Below are positions 18,965-28,628 of a DNA stretch of 64,000 nucleotides, piece by piece. The position numbers and the translations under genes were made by a program. How positions within the stretch are numbered: position 1 is the stretch's first letter; the number at the start of each line of letters is the position of its first letter. The notes beneath the pieces were generated by a model, which saw nothing but the letters and a program-made list of their open reading frames with translations, made no database searches and was not told the DNA's origin. Source of the stretch: an uncultured Thermoleophilia bacterium (GTDB lineage: Bacteria > Actinomycetota > Thermoleophilia > UBA2241); the NCBI GenBank assembly GCA_963717965.1, contig CAVQXS010000003.1, positions 326,896-390,895 of the forward strand. The letters are read 5' to 3'.

Positions 18965-21900
18965 CTAGTTGTGCTCGGCCTTGTCCGCGCGGAGCATCGC
19001 CGCGAAGCGCTGGACCATCTTCGGGTCCAGCTCGTGCGCGGCGCGCACGCGCAGGTCGTCCACGCTGTCCCCGTTGTGCCGGGCCGGGTCGAACCGGCGG
19101 CAGACGGCGAAGGCGCGTGCGACCACGGGGATCTCGACCCCGCGCCGGCCCTCCGGGTAGCCGGCGCCGTCCCAGCGCTCGTTGCCGTACACGAGCGCAT
19201 CGACGGCGTTGCGCCGCACCTCGTTGGCCTCGGCGGCGCCGTTGCCGCCGGTGCCGAGGATCGTCTGCACCTCGTCCTGCACCGCCGCGCCGGTCTCGTG
19301 GACCGCCAGCGCGGTGACGAGGCCGGCGGTCTCGGCCTCGCTCAGCCCGATGAAGGCGGCGAAGCGGCGGCCGACGGCCGCGAGGTCGCCCTCGAACCCG
19401 GCCGCCTTGCCGGCGAGAGCGTCGGTGTAGAGGCAGACGCGGTCGCGTCCGCCGGCCTTGGCGCGCAGCAGCGCCGAGTCCGCGGCGCCGAGCACGCCGT
19501 CGCTGTCGGTGGCCGACTCCGGGTAGGCGGAGACGCCGATCGACATGGTCACGTGCAGGTCGGGATGGCCGGGATCCAGCATCGAGACGGAGGCCCGGAT
19601 GCGCTCGGCGAGCGTCCTGGCCTCCTCGAGCATCGTGAGCGGCAGGATCATCGTGAACTCCTCACCGCCGTAGCGGGCGAGGTAGTCGGACTCGCGCGAG
19701 CAGCTGCGCAGCACGCCCGCGACCGCGCGCAGCACGTCGTCACCCCTCTGGTGACCGATGGTGTCGTTGACCGCCTTGAAGTGGTCGAGGTCCATCATCA
19801 GGAGGCAGAAGTGCTCGCCGTAGCGCTCGGCGCGGCTGACCTCCGCCTTGAGCGACTCGTGGAAGTGGCGGAAGTTGTGGATGCCGGTGAGGCCGTCGCT
19901 GATCGCCTGCCGCTCCATCGCCTCGTAGGTGCGCGCGTTCTGGATGGCGATCGCCGCCAGGTTGGCGAACAGGATCGCCGGGTCCAGCTCGTGCTCGGCG
20001 AAGGTGCGTCCGTCCAGGCGGTCCAGGCAGAGCACGCCGGTGACCTTGCCGAGGACGTTCAGCGGCACGATGATGCTCGCCTGCTGCTCGTCCTCTTCGG
20101 TGCCGGGGATCTGGACGATGCGCGGGTCGTGGAGCATGTCGTTGACCAGCTGGGCCTGATTGTGGCGCACCACCCAGCCGCTCACGCCCTCGTCGATGGA
20201 CATGCGGAACTGCTCCATCTGCTCGGCGTTGACGTCGCGCGAGTAGATGCACACCAGCTCGCGCGTCTCCTCGTCGAGCAGCCTGATGTCCATGGCGTCG
20301 TAGTCGACGATGTCCTTGAGCATCGCGGTGATGCGCGAGAAGACGTCGTGCTGGTCGAGCGAGCTGAGGAGCATGGTGCTGAGGCTCATCAGCTCGTGCT
20401 GCAGCGCGAGCTGGCCTTCGAGGCGCGCCGAGGTGTGCTCGAGCTCGTCGTACTGGCGGGCGTTGCGGATGGCGATCGCGGCGAGGTTGGCGAACAGCCG
20501 GGCCGGCTCGAGCTCGTGGCCCTCGAAGGTGCGGCCGCCGAGCCGGTCCATCGTCATCACGCCGATGACCTCGTCGCCGACCGAGAGCGGCACGAGGATG
20601 CAGGCCTGCACCTCGTCCTCCTCGGTGCCGGGGATGTGGACGGCGCGCGGGTCCTTGGCCATGTCGTTGATGAGCTGCGCCTCGTTGTGGCGCACCACCC
20701 AGCCGCTGATGCCCTCGTCGAGGGGGATGGCGAAGTCGAAGATCTCCTCCTCGTCCTCGTCGTCCCGGGCGTAGATGGCGACGAGCTGCCGGCGGTCGAT
20801 GTCGACCAGGCGCACGTCCATCGTGTCGTAGTCGACGATCTGCTTCAGCGTGTCGGCGATGTGCTCGAGGACCTCGGTCTGCTCGAGGCTCGAGAGCACG
20901 GCACCGCTGGCGCTGAGCAGCTCGTGGCTGAGCGCCAGCTGTTCCTCGAGCCGATTCGAGGCCTTGTCCGCCTCCTGGTACTGCCGCGCGTTGTGGATGG
21001 CGATGGCGGCGAGGTTGGCGAACAGCGAGACCGGCTCGAGCTCCTGCTCGGAGAAGCTGCGCTCGCCGAGACGGTCGATCGCGAGCACGCCGATCGGCGT
21101 GTCGCCGAGCGTGAGCGGCGCGATGATCGATGCCTGCGGCTCCCATTCGGTGCCGGGCACGAGCGCGCCGCGCGGGTCGTTCAGCATGTCGTTGACGAGC
21201 TGGGCCTCGTTGTGGCGCACGACCCAGCCGCTCACGCCGACGTCCATGGGGCTGCGCCAGGAGCGCATCTCCTCGCCGTCCGCGTCGTCCGAGTAGTAGC
21301 CGCTGTAGAGCTCGTTCTTCTCCTCGTCGACCAGGCGGATCTCGAGGGAGTCGTAGTCGACGATCTCCTTGAGGAGCGTGGCGATGCGGGCGAAGACCTC
21401 GCGCGGCTCGAGCGTCGCAAGGAGCGCGCCGCTGAGCTCGAGGATCGCGTGGCGCAGGGCCAGCTGCGCCTGCAGCTGCACCGACGCCTCCTCGAGATCC
21501 TCGTACCGGCGCGCGTTCTGGATCGCGACCGCGGCGTGCGTGGCGAAGACCTCGAGCGATTTGACCAGCTCGAGCGTCGGCACGGCGCGGTCGGCGGGGT
21601 CGTAGAGGTCGAGTACGCCGATGAGCTCGTGCTCCTGGCCGTAGAGCGGGACGAAGAGGTCGTCGTTCTTGTTCCACTCGTCCGCGCGGCGCGGTCCCAG
21701 GTCCAGCTCGGGCAGGTAGTGGAGCTGCTCCTCGGTCCACTCGTGACTGCGGTGGTCGATGAAGAAGGAAGAGCCCATCTGGTGCTTCTCGAGGAAGAGC
21801 TGGTCCCAGATGCGCTGCGGGACCGGCCGCTCGAAGAGTTGCCGGTCGAAGTCGGGGTTCTCGCCGACGGTGGCATGCACGGCGAAGTCGCCGTCGGCCT

Positions 21901-22078
21901 CGCGCAGGTACACGCTCGCCTCGCGGAAGCCGAAGGTCTCGCTCAGGGCCGTGGCGATCACGTGGACGATCGCGTCGAGGGCGAGGCTCGACTGCAGCTG
22001 GTTCGCCAGCCGGATGAGGCTGCGCAGCAGCTCGAGCTCGCCCTGCTCGGCCTTGCGGTTCTTGGTTCGGAACGCCAT
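18965..22078 (-). CDS. GAFx4-GGDEF diguanylate cyclase with degenerate HD-GYP-like C-terminal domain
   Basis: Start ATG at 22078 (MAFRTKNRK). Four GAF modules, each ending (F)ANLAAIAIxNARxYE. GGDEF domain (RYGGEEF, DHFKAVNDTIGHQRGD). C-terminus has NERWDGAGYPEG (GYP), but HD is replaced (LAVHETG). Confidence 0.85.
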   Translation of the reverse strand: MAFRTKNRKAEQGELELLRSLIRLANQLQSSLALDAIVHVIATALSETFGFREASVYLREADGDFAVHATVGENPDFDRQLFERPVPQRIWDQLFLEKHQMGSSFFIDHRSHEWTEEQLHYLPELDLGPRRADEWNKNDDLFVPLYGQEHELIGVLDLYDPADRAVPTLELVKSLEVFATHAAVAIQNARRYEDLEEASVQLQAQLALRHAILELSGALLATLEPREVFARIATLLKEIVDYDSLEIRLVDEEKNELYSGYYSDDADGEEMRSWRSPMDVGVSGWVVRHNEAQLVNDMLNDPRGALVPGTEWEPQASIIAPLTLGDTPIGVLAIDRLGERSFSEQELEPVSLFANLAAIAIHNARQYQEADKASNRLEEQLALSHELLSASGAVLSSLEQTEVLEHIADTLKQIVDYDTMDVRLVDIDRRQLVAIYARDDEDEEEIFDFAIPLDEGISGWVVRHNEAQLINDMAKDPRAVHIPGTEEDEVQACILVPLSVGDEVIGVMTMDRLGGRTFEGHELEPARLFANLAAIAIRNARQYDELEHTSARLEGQLALQHELMSLSTMLLSSLDQHDVFSRITAMLKDIVDYDAMDIRLLDEETRELVCIYSRDVNAEQMEQFRMSIDEGVSGWVVRHNQAQLVNDMLHDPRIVQIPGTEEDEQQASIIVPLNVLGKVTGVLCLDRLDGRTFAEHELDPAILFANLAAIAIQNARTYEAMERQAISDGLTGIHNFRHFHESLKAEVSRAERYGEHFCLLMMDLDHFKAVNDTIGHQRGDDVLRAVAGVLRSCSRESDYLARYGGEEFTMILPLTMLEEARTLAERIRASVSMLDPGHPDLHVTMSIGVSAYPESATDSDGVLGAADSALLRAKAGGRDRVCLYTDALAGKAAGFEGDLAAVGRRFAAFIGLSEAETAGLVTALAVHETGAAVQDEVQTILGTGGNGAAEANEVRRNAVDALVYGNERWDGAGYPEGRRGVEIPVVARAFAVCRRFDPARHNGDSVDDLRVRAAHELDPKMVQRFAAMLRADKAEHN

Positions 22079-22334
22079 CGGCTCCCCTGGTGGCCATGGC
22101 CGCGTCGAAAGGGTACCCGCTAGTCTATTCCCGCTCAGGTGCCCGCGACACGGTTCGCGCTCGCTCTTGCCTACGACCATCGTGTCGGCACGGCGAAAGT
22201 GTCGCTTGAGGGGGACATCCGCCTATGCCGCCGGGCGAAGAAGCGACGGGCGGGCGGGCCGCCGAAGGCACGCCCGTGTGCGGCCGGTCCCGGTCGGGCC
22301 GCGCCGGAGCAGCGCGCGGCCCGGGCTCTGACCG

Positions 22335-23165
22335 TCAATCCCTGGCGTACTCCCCCAGCTTGAGGATCCGCCGCGCCTCGTCCGGGGTCGCGCAGGGGCG
22401 GTCCCACTCCTTGGCGATGCGCGCGACGCGGCCCACGAGCTCGGCGTTCTCCTTCGCCAGCACGCCCTTGTGGTAGAAGATGTTGTCCTCGAAGCCGAGG
22501 CGCACGTTGCCGCCCAGGGCGAGCGCGGTCATCGTCACCGGCATGTGCCAGCGACCGATGCCGGTGCAGGTCCAGGTCGACCCCTCGGGGACGCGGTCGA
22601 CCAGGAACAGCAGGTTCCTCGGCTCGCCGCTCATGCTGCCCGGCACCCCGAGCACGAAGTCCCAGTGCATGAGCGGGCCGGCCGGGCCGTACTTCTTCAC
22701 CAGCTTGACGGCGTTGTCGATCTGGCCGGCCTCGAAGATCTCGAACTCGGGCCGGACGCCCTGCTTCTGCATGCGCCGGTAGAACTCGCTCATCAGCGCC
22801 GTGTCGTTGAAGAACACCTCGTCGCCGAAGTTGGCGGTGCCCGTCGTCAGCGACGCCATCTCCGGGCCGAGCTCGAGCGGCTGCAGCCGCTCGTCGGCGG
22901 TCATGCCCATGGCGCCGCCGGTGCTCGTCTGGACGATGATGTCGGTGCGCGCGCGGATCGCCTCGATCGCCGCCGCGAAGACCTCCCTGGCCTGCGTCGG
23001 GTTGGCCTCGGCGTCGCGCACGTGCAGGTGGTACATGGCGGCGCCGGCCTCGCGGCAGCGCGCCGCGTCGGCGCCGATCTCCGCCGCCGTCACCGGCAGG
23101 GCCGGCTGCGCCTCCTTGGTGGTCTCGGCGCCGACGCCGGCCACGGTGATGATCAGCTTCTCCAT
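22335..23165 (-). CDS. BKACE-family beta-keto acid cleavage enzyme (3-keto-5-aminohexanoate cleavage enzyme-like, DUF849)
   Basis: 276 aa TIM-barrel pattern: IITVAGVGAE, MYHLHVRD, IVQTSTGG, GNVRLGFEDNIFY. Confidence 0.8.
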   Translation of the reverse strand: MEKLIITVAGVGAETTKEAQPALPVTAAEIGADAARCREAGAAMYHLHVRDAEANPTQAREVFAAAIEAIRARTDIIVQTSTGGAMGMTADERLQPLELGPEMASLTTGTANFGDEVFFNDTALMSEFYRRMQKQGVRPEFEIFEAGQIDNAVKLVKKYGPAGPLMHWDFVLGVPGSMSGEPRNLLFLVDRVPEGSTWTCTGIGRWHMPVTMTALALGGNVRLGFEDNIFYHKGVLAKENAELVGRVARIAKEWDRPCATPDEARRILKLGEYARD

Positions 23166-23207
23166 CGACGACCCCCTCTCAGGGACAGTGCGCGACTCAC
23201 GGACCGG

Positions 23208-24476
23208 CTACTTCTGCCACGGGTAGTTCTGCGCCACGTAGGCGAGCGACTCCTCGACCACGTCGAGCGCCCGGTTCAGGTCGGCCTCGGTGTGGCGGTA
23301 GCAGATGTACCAGTGGTGATACGGCTGCACGAACAGGCCGCGGCGGATGCACTGCGTGTAGAACTCCGTGCGCCGCTCCTTGTAGTGGTCGTCGACGCGG
23401 TCGAAGGTGAGGAAGGGCATCGGCGGGATGCCGCTCTTGGTCACCGGCACGCCGCTCTCGTCGACGATCTTGCCCAGGCGGTCGAGGAAGCGGGTGCCGC
23501 GCTCCCAGATCACGTCCTGCACCTTCTCGCGCTCGAGGATGTCGAGGCACGCCATGGCGGCGACCATCTCGAGGCTGTTGGGGAAGAAGGTCGAGCTGAG
23601 GAAGGCGTTCTTCTCGTAGACCGAGAGGATCTCCCGCTTGCCGACCACGGCGGCGATCGGGTAGCCGTTGGCCATGGCCTTGCCGATGGTCGACACGTCG
23701 GGGGTGACGCCGTAGCGCTGCTGGGCGCCGCCGAGGGCGACGCGGAACCCGGTGCGGATCTCGTCGAAGACGAGCACCGCGCCGTTCTTGTGGGTGAGCT
23801 CCTTGACGGCCTCGAGGTAGCCCGGCGGCGGGGCGATGATCGGCTTCGCCATCGGGTGGCCGACCGGGGTGATGACGACGCCGGCGATCTCGCCGGGGTT
23901 CTCCGCGAACACGCGCTCGAGGTCGGCGATCTCGCCGTACTCGAACTCCTTGGTCAGCTCCCAGACGGCCTGCGGGACGCCGCCGTGGTTCTCGACGCAC
24001 CAGTCGCCCCAGCCGTGGTAGCCGCAGCGGGCGATCTTGTCGCGGCCGGTGTAGGCGCGCACGGCGCGCACGGCGGCGTTGGTGGCGTCGGAGCCGGTCT
24101 TGACGAGGATCGTCTGCTCGCCGCTGGGCACGATGTCCGCGAGGCGCTCCTCGAGCTCGTTCTGGACCGGCTGGACGAGGCTGAAGCAGAAGCCCTTGTC
24201 GATGCGCGCCTTGACGGCATCGTTGATCTCGGGCTCCACGTAGCCGAGGATGATCGGCCCGTAGGCGCAGAGCATGTCGATGTACTCGTTGCCGTCGACG
24301 TCGAAGATGTGGCCGCCCTCGCCGTGGGTGATGAAGACGGGGTATTCGCCGATCACGAAGTTGTACGGACGGCGGATGCCGCCGACGCCTCCGGGCGTGA
24401 GCCGCTGGGCGTCTTCGAGCATGGCCATGGACTTGGTCAGTTCGAGCTTGGGTGCGCTTTGGACGGGCTTCGTCAT
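23208..24476 (-). CDS. Class-III (GSA-aminomutase-like) PLP-dependent aminotransferase
   Basis: GGHIFDVDGNEYIDMLCAYGPIILGY, GSDATNAAVRAVRAYTGR, VLVFDEIRTGFR, STIGKAMANGYP (PLP lysine). Confidence 0.85.
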   Translation of the reverse strand: MTKPVQSAPKLELTKSMAMLEDAQRLTPGGVGGIRRPYNFVIGEYPVFITHGEGGHIFDVDGNEYIDMLCAYGPIILGYVEPEINDAVKARIDKGFCFSLVQPVQNELEERLADIVPSGEQTILVKTGSDATNAAVRAVRAYTGRDKIARCGYHGWGDWCVENHGGVPQAVWELTKEFEYGEIADLERVFAENPGEIAGVVITPVGHPMAKPIIAPPPGYLEAVKELTHKNGAVLVFDEIRTGFRVALGGAQQRYGVTPDVSTIGKAMANGYPIAAVVGKREILSVYEKNAFLSSTFFPNSLEMVAAMACLDILEREKVQDVIWERGTRFLDRLGKIVDESGVPVTKSGIPPMPFLTFDRVDDHYKERRTEFYTQCIRRGLFVQPYHHWYICYRHTEADLNRALDVVEESLAYVAQNYPWQK

Positions 24477-24820
24477 GTGGGCTCCTTTCGGCCGGACAAG
24501 GCGAGGTAGACGATCGATCGGCCGCCACTGCGGCTACGTCCACCTGAAGGTTCACGGTAGGCGGATGCGGCGGCCCGGTCTCACCCCGGATCCGGCCAGA
24601 GACGGCTGTAGATGAGGAGGATGGTCACGGCGGGCTCCCTCCTGAGCCGGTCGGGCTCGCGACGACGTCCGCCTCGAGCCCTCGGCCAGAGCGTATCGGA
24701 TACGCCGCGCCTTGGCACGCCGCGCGCGTACGCGCGAGGGAGCGCGACGCGGTGGCGCGGCCGCCAGGATGTCCATTCCGGACAGCACGCCGCCGGTGTC
24801 CGGGCGCCCCAGTGGCGCGC

Positions 24821-25764
24821 TCACGACGAGGCTCCCGCCTCGCCCACCACTTCCTCCGGCGACCCCGCGAGACCCTCTTCGGCGGCGCCGAACAGCACCA
24901 CCAGCACGGCGCCGACGAGGATGAGGACGCCACCGAGCAGCGTCCACGAGCGACGGCCGCTCGGCGAGGAAGACGAGTGCGAACACCGGCGCGCTCGCCG
25001 GCTCCAGGAGCCCGACGATGGAGGTGTGCTGCACCGGGATGTAGCGCATGCCGTGCAGGAAGACGGTCCCGCCGAGGGCGGTGCTGAAGACGGCCAGCCC
25101 CAGCACCGCCCAGAGGTCCGTGAGCACGAAACGCGAAGCCGGCGCCGGACCACTGGAACAGCCCGAGGGGCAGCATGACCGCCGCCACGACCACGCCGTT
25201 CGAGATGAGCATGGTGCTGCCGTCGACGTCCGCGCTGAGCGTCTTGGCGACCAGGAAGAAGACCGCGAGCAGCACCCCGGACGCAAGGCCGAGCGCGACA
25301 CCGAGGGCAGACACCCGCAGCGCTGGGTCCATGAGACCGGGAGCCAGCATGACGACGATGCCGGTCACGGCAAGCGCAAGCGCCACGACCACGACCGGCT
25401 CGGTGCGCTGCCGGAGCAGACGCGGCGCGACAAGGGCGATGTAGATGGGGGACATGTAGGAGAGGAACACGGCCAGCGCGACGTCGAGGTGACGCAGCGC
25501 CAGCATGAACGTGTAGAGCTGCACGGCGTCGAGCAGACCGAGCGCGAGCAGGCGCGGCCACACCCCTGGCTTGCGCGACTGCCGCACCCATCGCGCCGCC
25601 CCGCCGAGCAGCGCGACCATCACGGCGGCCAGGGCCATGCGCATGCAGAGCACCGTGCTCGCCGGAAGGTCGGTCATACCGACCCACACTCCCGTGGCGC
25701 CGAACATGACGGCCGAGCCGCCGACCATGGCGTAGCCTTTGAGCCGGTGCGGGCCGCCGCTCAC
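24821..25764 (-). CDS. EamA/DMT-family transporter, paralog 1 of a tandem array (two frame disruptions)
   Basis: Pieces lie in ORFs 24625..26700 (KGYAMVGGSAVMFGATG...LFQWSGAGF), 24552..25301 (VLTDLWAVLGLAVFSTALGGTVFLHGMRYIPVQHTSIVGLLEPASAPVFALVFLAERP) and 24821..25687 (LGGVLILVGAVLVVLFG). The GTG start overlaps the upstream stop (GTGA). Confidence 0.6.
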
Positions 25765-26672
25765 GGCGCCGGCTCCAGGGACGTGGCGCCCTCTTCTTCG
25801 TGCTCGCCGAGCAGCACGACGAGCAGTCCGGCGATCACGATGAGGGCGCCGCCGATCACCGTCCACAGCGAGATGCCCTGGCCCAGCAGCAGCAGCGCGT
25901 ACAGCGGCGCCGAGACCGGCTCGAGGTAGCCGAGGATCGAGCTGTGCTGCACCTTGATCATCCCCATGCCGTACGTCCACATCAGGTAGGCGAGCGCCGT
26001 GCAGACCACACCGAGGATGACGCCGGCGACCAGGTCGCGGGTGGTCAGCTGGTAGCCGGCGCCCACCGTCTGCCAGAGCGCCAGCGGCAGCAGGATGAGC
26101 GCGTCGAGCCAGGCCTCGGTGAAGACGATGGTCACGGCCGAGACGCGCCTGGTCAGGTCCTTGACCACGAGCTGGAAGGCGGCGTAGCCGACGCCGGCGA
26201 GCAGGCCCGCCGTCACCCCCCACGGCGAGAGCTCGATGCCCTCGCCGAGCAGTGACGGCGCCAGGATCACGGCCAGCCCGGCGAGGGCGATCGCGAGCGC
26301 CGGGTAGACGATCGCCTCGGTCCGGGCGCGGAAGACGCGCGGCGCGATGAGCGCCACCCAGACCGGCGCGAGGAACTGCAGGAACATGCCGACGGCGACG
26401 CTCGTCCCGCGGATGGCGACGAAGAAGAGCAGGAGCGTGAAGGCGTCGATCGCCGCCATCAGGAGAAGGCGCGGCCAGACGGAGCGCTGGGCCGCGCCGG
26501 CGAGCGGACGGCGGCGGGCGAAGACCACGCCGAGCACGAGCCCCGCCGTCGCGAAGCGCAGCACGAGCAAGGCGCTCTCCGGCGCCGTCGCCCAGTCGAC
26601 CAGGGCGCCGATCAGGCCCATGATCAGGAACGAGCCGGCGACGAGCGCGTAGCCGCGGGCGGCGCGACTCAT
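25761..26672 (-). CDS. EamA/DMT-family transporter, paralog 2
   Basis: 303 aa, about 10 TM segments, two EamA repeats, conserved ..VQHSSILGYLEPVSAPLYALLLLGQ. Confidence 0.85.
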   Translation of the reverse strand: MSRAARGYALVAGSFLIMGLIGALVDWATAPESALLVLRFATAGLVLGVVFARRRPLAGAAQRSVWPRLLLMAAIDAFTLLLFFVAIRGTSVAVGMFLQFLAPVWVALIAPRVFRARTEAIVYPALAIALAGLAVILAPSLLGEGIELSPWGVTAGLLAGVGYAAFQLVVKDLTRRVSAVTIVFTEAWLDALILLPLALWQTVGAGYQLTTRDLVAGVILGVVCTALAYLMWTYGMGMIKVQHSSILGYLEPVSAPLYALLLLGQGISLWTVIGGALIVIAGLLVVLLGEHEEEGATSLEPAP

Positions 26673-26703
26673 CGAGCGCCGCTTCGCTGTGTCGGCGCAC
26701 CCA

Positions 26704-27666
26704 TCAAAGCGGCTCCGCCTCGGTGGCCGCGGCGACGGAGTCCTCGCCCTCGCCGCGGCCGAAGATCACGATCAGCAGCCCGGCGCCCAGGATCAGCGCG
26801 CCGCCGATCCATGTCCAGATCCCCGGCACCTGTCCTACGAGGAACACGGCGTAGAGCGGCCCGGCCACCGGTTCGATGTAGCCGAGGATCGTGACGTGTT
26901 CCACACGTACGCGCCTCGTCCCCTCGATCCAGAGCGTGTACGAGATCGCCGTGCAGAGGACGCCCATGACGACCGCCGCGACCCAGGCACGGCCGTCGAG
27001 TTGATAGCCGGTGCTGCCGAACTGCCAGATCGCCAGCGGGAGCACGAAGAGGGTGTCGCCCGCGGCCTCGGCCATGGAGATCGTCGACGGCGCGACGATC
27101 TTCGTCAGCCCCTTCACCGAGACCGCGTAGGTCGCGTACCCGAACCCGGTGAACAGCGCCGCGAGCAGGCCGGAGACCGAGAGCCTGACGCTCTCTCCGA
27201 GGAGGTCGGGCACGAGGATCACGGCGAGGCCGGCGAGGGCGAGCGCGAGCGCCGGCCACACCATCGGCTCACGCGGCGACTTGAAGACCCGAGGCGCCGC
27301 GAGCGCCACCCAGACCGGCATGAGGAAGAGCAGGAACATGGCGATGGCGACGCTGGTCTGACGTACGGCGTAGAAGAACAGGAGGAGCGTCAGCGACGAC
27401 ATCGCCGCCATGAGGATGAGGCGCCAGGCGGCGCCCGGGCGGCGCCAGTCGGCGATCATCGGGCGCCTCAGGAACACGGCGCCGAGCGCCAGCGCCGCGA
27501 ACGCCATACGCAGGCAGAGGATGATCGCCTCGGGCGCATCGGCCCAGGCGACAAGCGGCGCGCTGCCGGCCATCCCGAGGTAGGAGACGAGCACGATGAC
27601 GTAGCCGAGCGGGTCGCGGCGGTGAGAGGCGGGGTTCACAGCGGCGGCGCTCACGGCGGCGCTCAC
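26704..27666 (-). CDS. EamA/DMT-family transporter, paralog 3
   Basis: RDPLGYVIVLVSYLGMAGS...VEHVTILGYIEPVAGPLYAVFLVGQ. The GTG at 27666 overlaps the stop of paralog 4 (GTGA). Confidence 0.8.
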   Translation of the reverse strand: MSAAVSAAAVNPASHRRDPLGYVIVLVSYLGMAGSAPLVAWADAPEAIILCLRMAFAALALGAVFLRRPMIADWRRPGAAWRLILMAAMSSLTLLLFFYAVRQTSVAIAMFLLFLMPVWVALAAPRVFKSPREPMVWPALALALAGLAVILVPDLLGESVRLSVSGLLAALFTGFGYATYAVSVKGLTKIVAPSTISMAEAAGDTLFVLPLAIWQFGSTGYQLDGRAWVAAVVMGVLCTAISYTLWIEGTRRVRVEHVTILGYIEPVAGPLYAVFLVGQVPGIWTWIGGALILGAGLLIVIFGRGEGEDSVAAATEAEPL

Positions 27667-28628
27667 GGCGGCGGCTCCGGGCCCGGCTCGCCGCCGCCGA
27701 ACAGCACGACCAGCGCGCCGGCGACGAGGATCAGCGTCCCGCCGGCGATCGTCCACGCGGCGATGCCCTGGCCGAGGAGCACGAATGCGTAGATGGGCGC
27801 CGCCACCGGCGCGATCAGGCCGAGGATCGAACTGTGCTGCACGCGGATACGCGCCACGCCTTCGACCCACATCGTGTACGCGAGCGCCGTCGTCACGAGG
27901 CCCATCACCAAGACGGCGACCCAGTCGCGCGAGGTGAGAGTCTGACCCGCGCCCAGCATCTGCCACAGGGCCAACGGTAGGAGGAACAGGGCATCGAGCA
28001 CGCTCTGGGTGATCACCACGGTCACGCTGGAGACCTCGCGGGTCAGCCCCTTCACGAGCATCTGGAAGAACGCGTAGCTCCACCCGGCGGCGAGGCCGGC
28101 CGCCAGCCCGATGAGGGACAGGCGCACGGCGTCGTCGGTGAACGAGGGCAGGAGGATCAAAGCCATGCCGAGGCCGGCCAGGCCCAGGGCGAGGTAGACG
28201 ACGCGTTCGGTCGCGGTGCGCAAGAACCTCGGCGCCAGGAACGCCACCCACACGGGCTGCAGGAAGAGGAAGAAGGTCGCGATGGCCACGCCGACGGCCC
28301 GCACCGCGAAGAAGTAGGCAATCATCGTGAAGGCGTCGAGCGCGCCCATCACCAGCAGGCGTTGCCAGACGCCCGGCCTGAACACGCCGGCGAGCGGCTG
28401 CCGGCGAGCGAACACGAGGAGCAGGGCGGCCGCCGCGATGGCGAATCGGATCACGAGGAGGACGCTCTCGGGCGCGTCGGCCCAGGTGACCAGCGTCGCG
28501 CTCAGGCCGAGGAGGAGGTACGAGCCGATGACTAGGCCGTAGCCGACGGGGTCGCGGCGCTGGCCCTCCGCGGCCTTGGGGGCCGGGGGCGCGGCGGCTA
28601 CGCCGCCGCTTTGCCGGCCGCCGCTCAT
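27663..28628 (-). CDS. EamA/DMT-family transporter, paralog 4
   Basis: RDPVGYGLVIGSYLLLGLS...VQHSSILGLIAPVAAPIYAFVLLGQ. The ATG at 28628 overlaps the stop of paralog 5 (ATGA). Confidence 0.8.
   Translation of the reverse strand: MSGGRQSGGVAAAPPAPKAAEGQRRDPVGYGLVIGSYLLLGLSATLVTWADAPESVLLVIRFAIAAAALLLVFARRQPLAGVFRPGVWQRLLVMGALDAFTMIAYFFAVRAVGVAIATFFLFLQPVWVAFLAPRFLRTATERVVYLALGLAGLGMALILLPSFTDDAVRLSLIGLAAGLAAGWSYAFFQMLVKGLTREVSSVTVVITQSVLDALFLLPLALWQMLGAGQTLTSRDWVAVLVMGLVTTALAYTMWVEGVARIRVQHSSILGLIAPVAAPIYAFVLLGQGIAAWTIAGGTLILVAGALVVLFGGGEPGPEPPP

Noticed and set aside
24477-24820. Possible cobalamin riboswitch in the 344-nt gap upstream of the aminotransferase. GCCACTG-like strings occur on both strands (about 24524 and about 24800).
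   Set aside because: I could not find the other conserved cobalamin-riboswitch elements in the right order: the GGGAA..CGGTG..AA..CCG core and the AGCC.GGAGACC.GCC B12 box. The heptamer alone is expected by chance in GC-rich DNA. A covariance-model scan (RF00174) would settle it.
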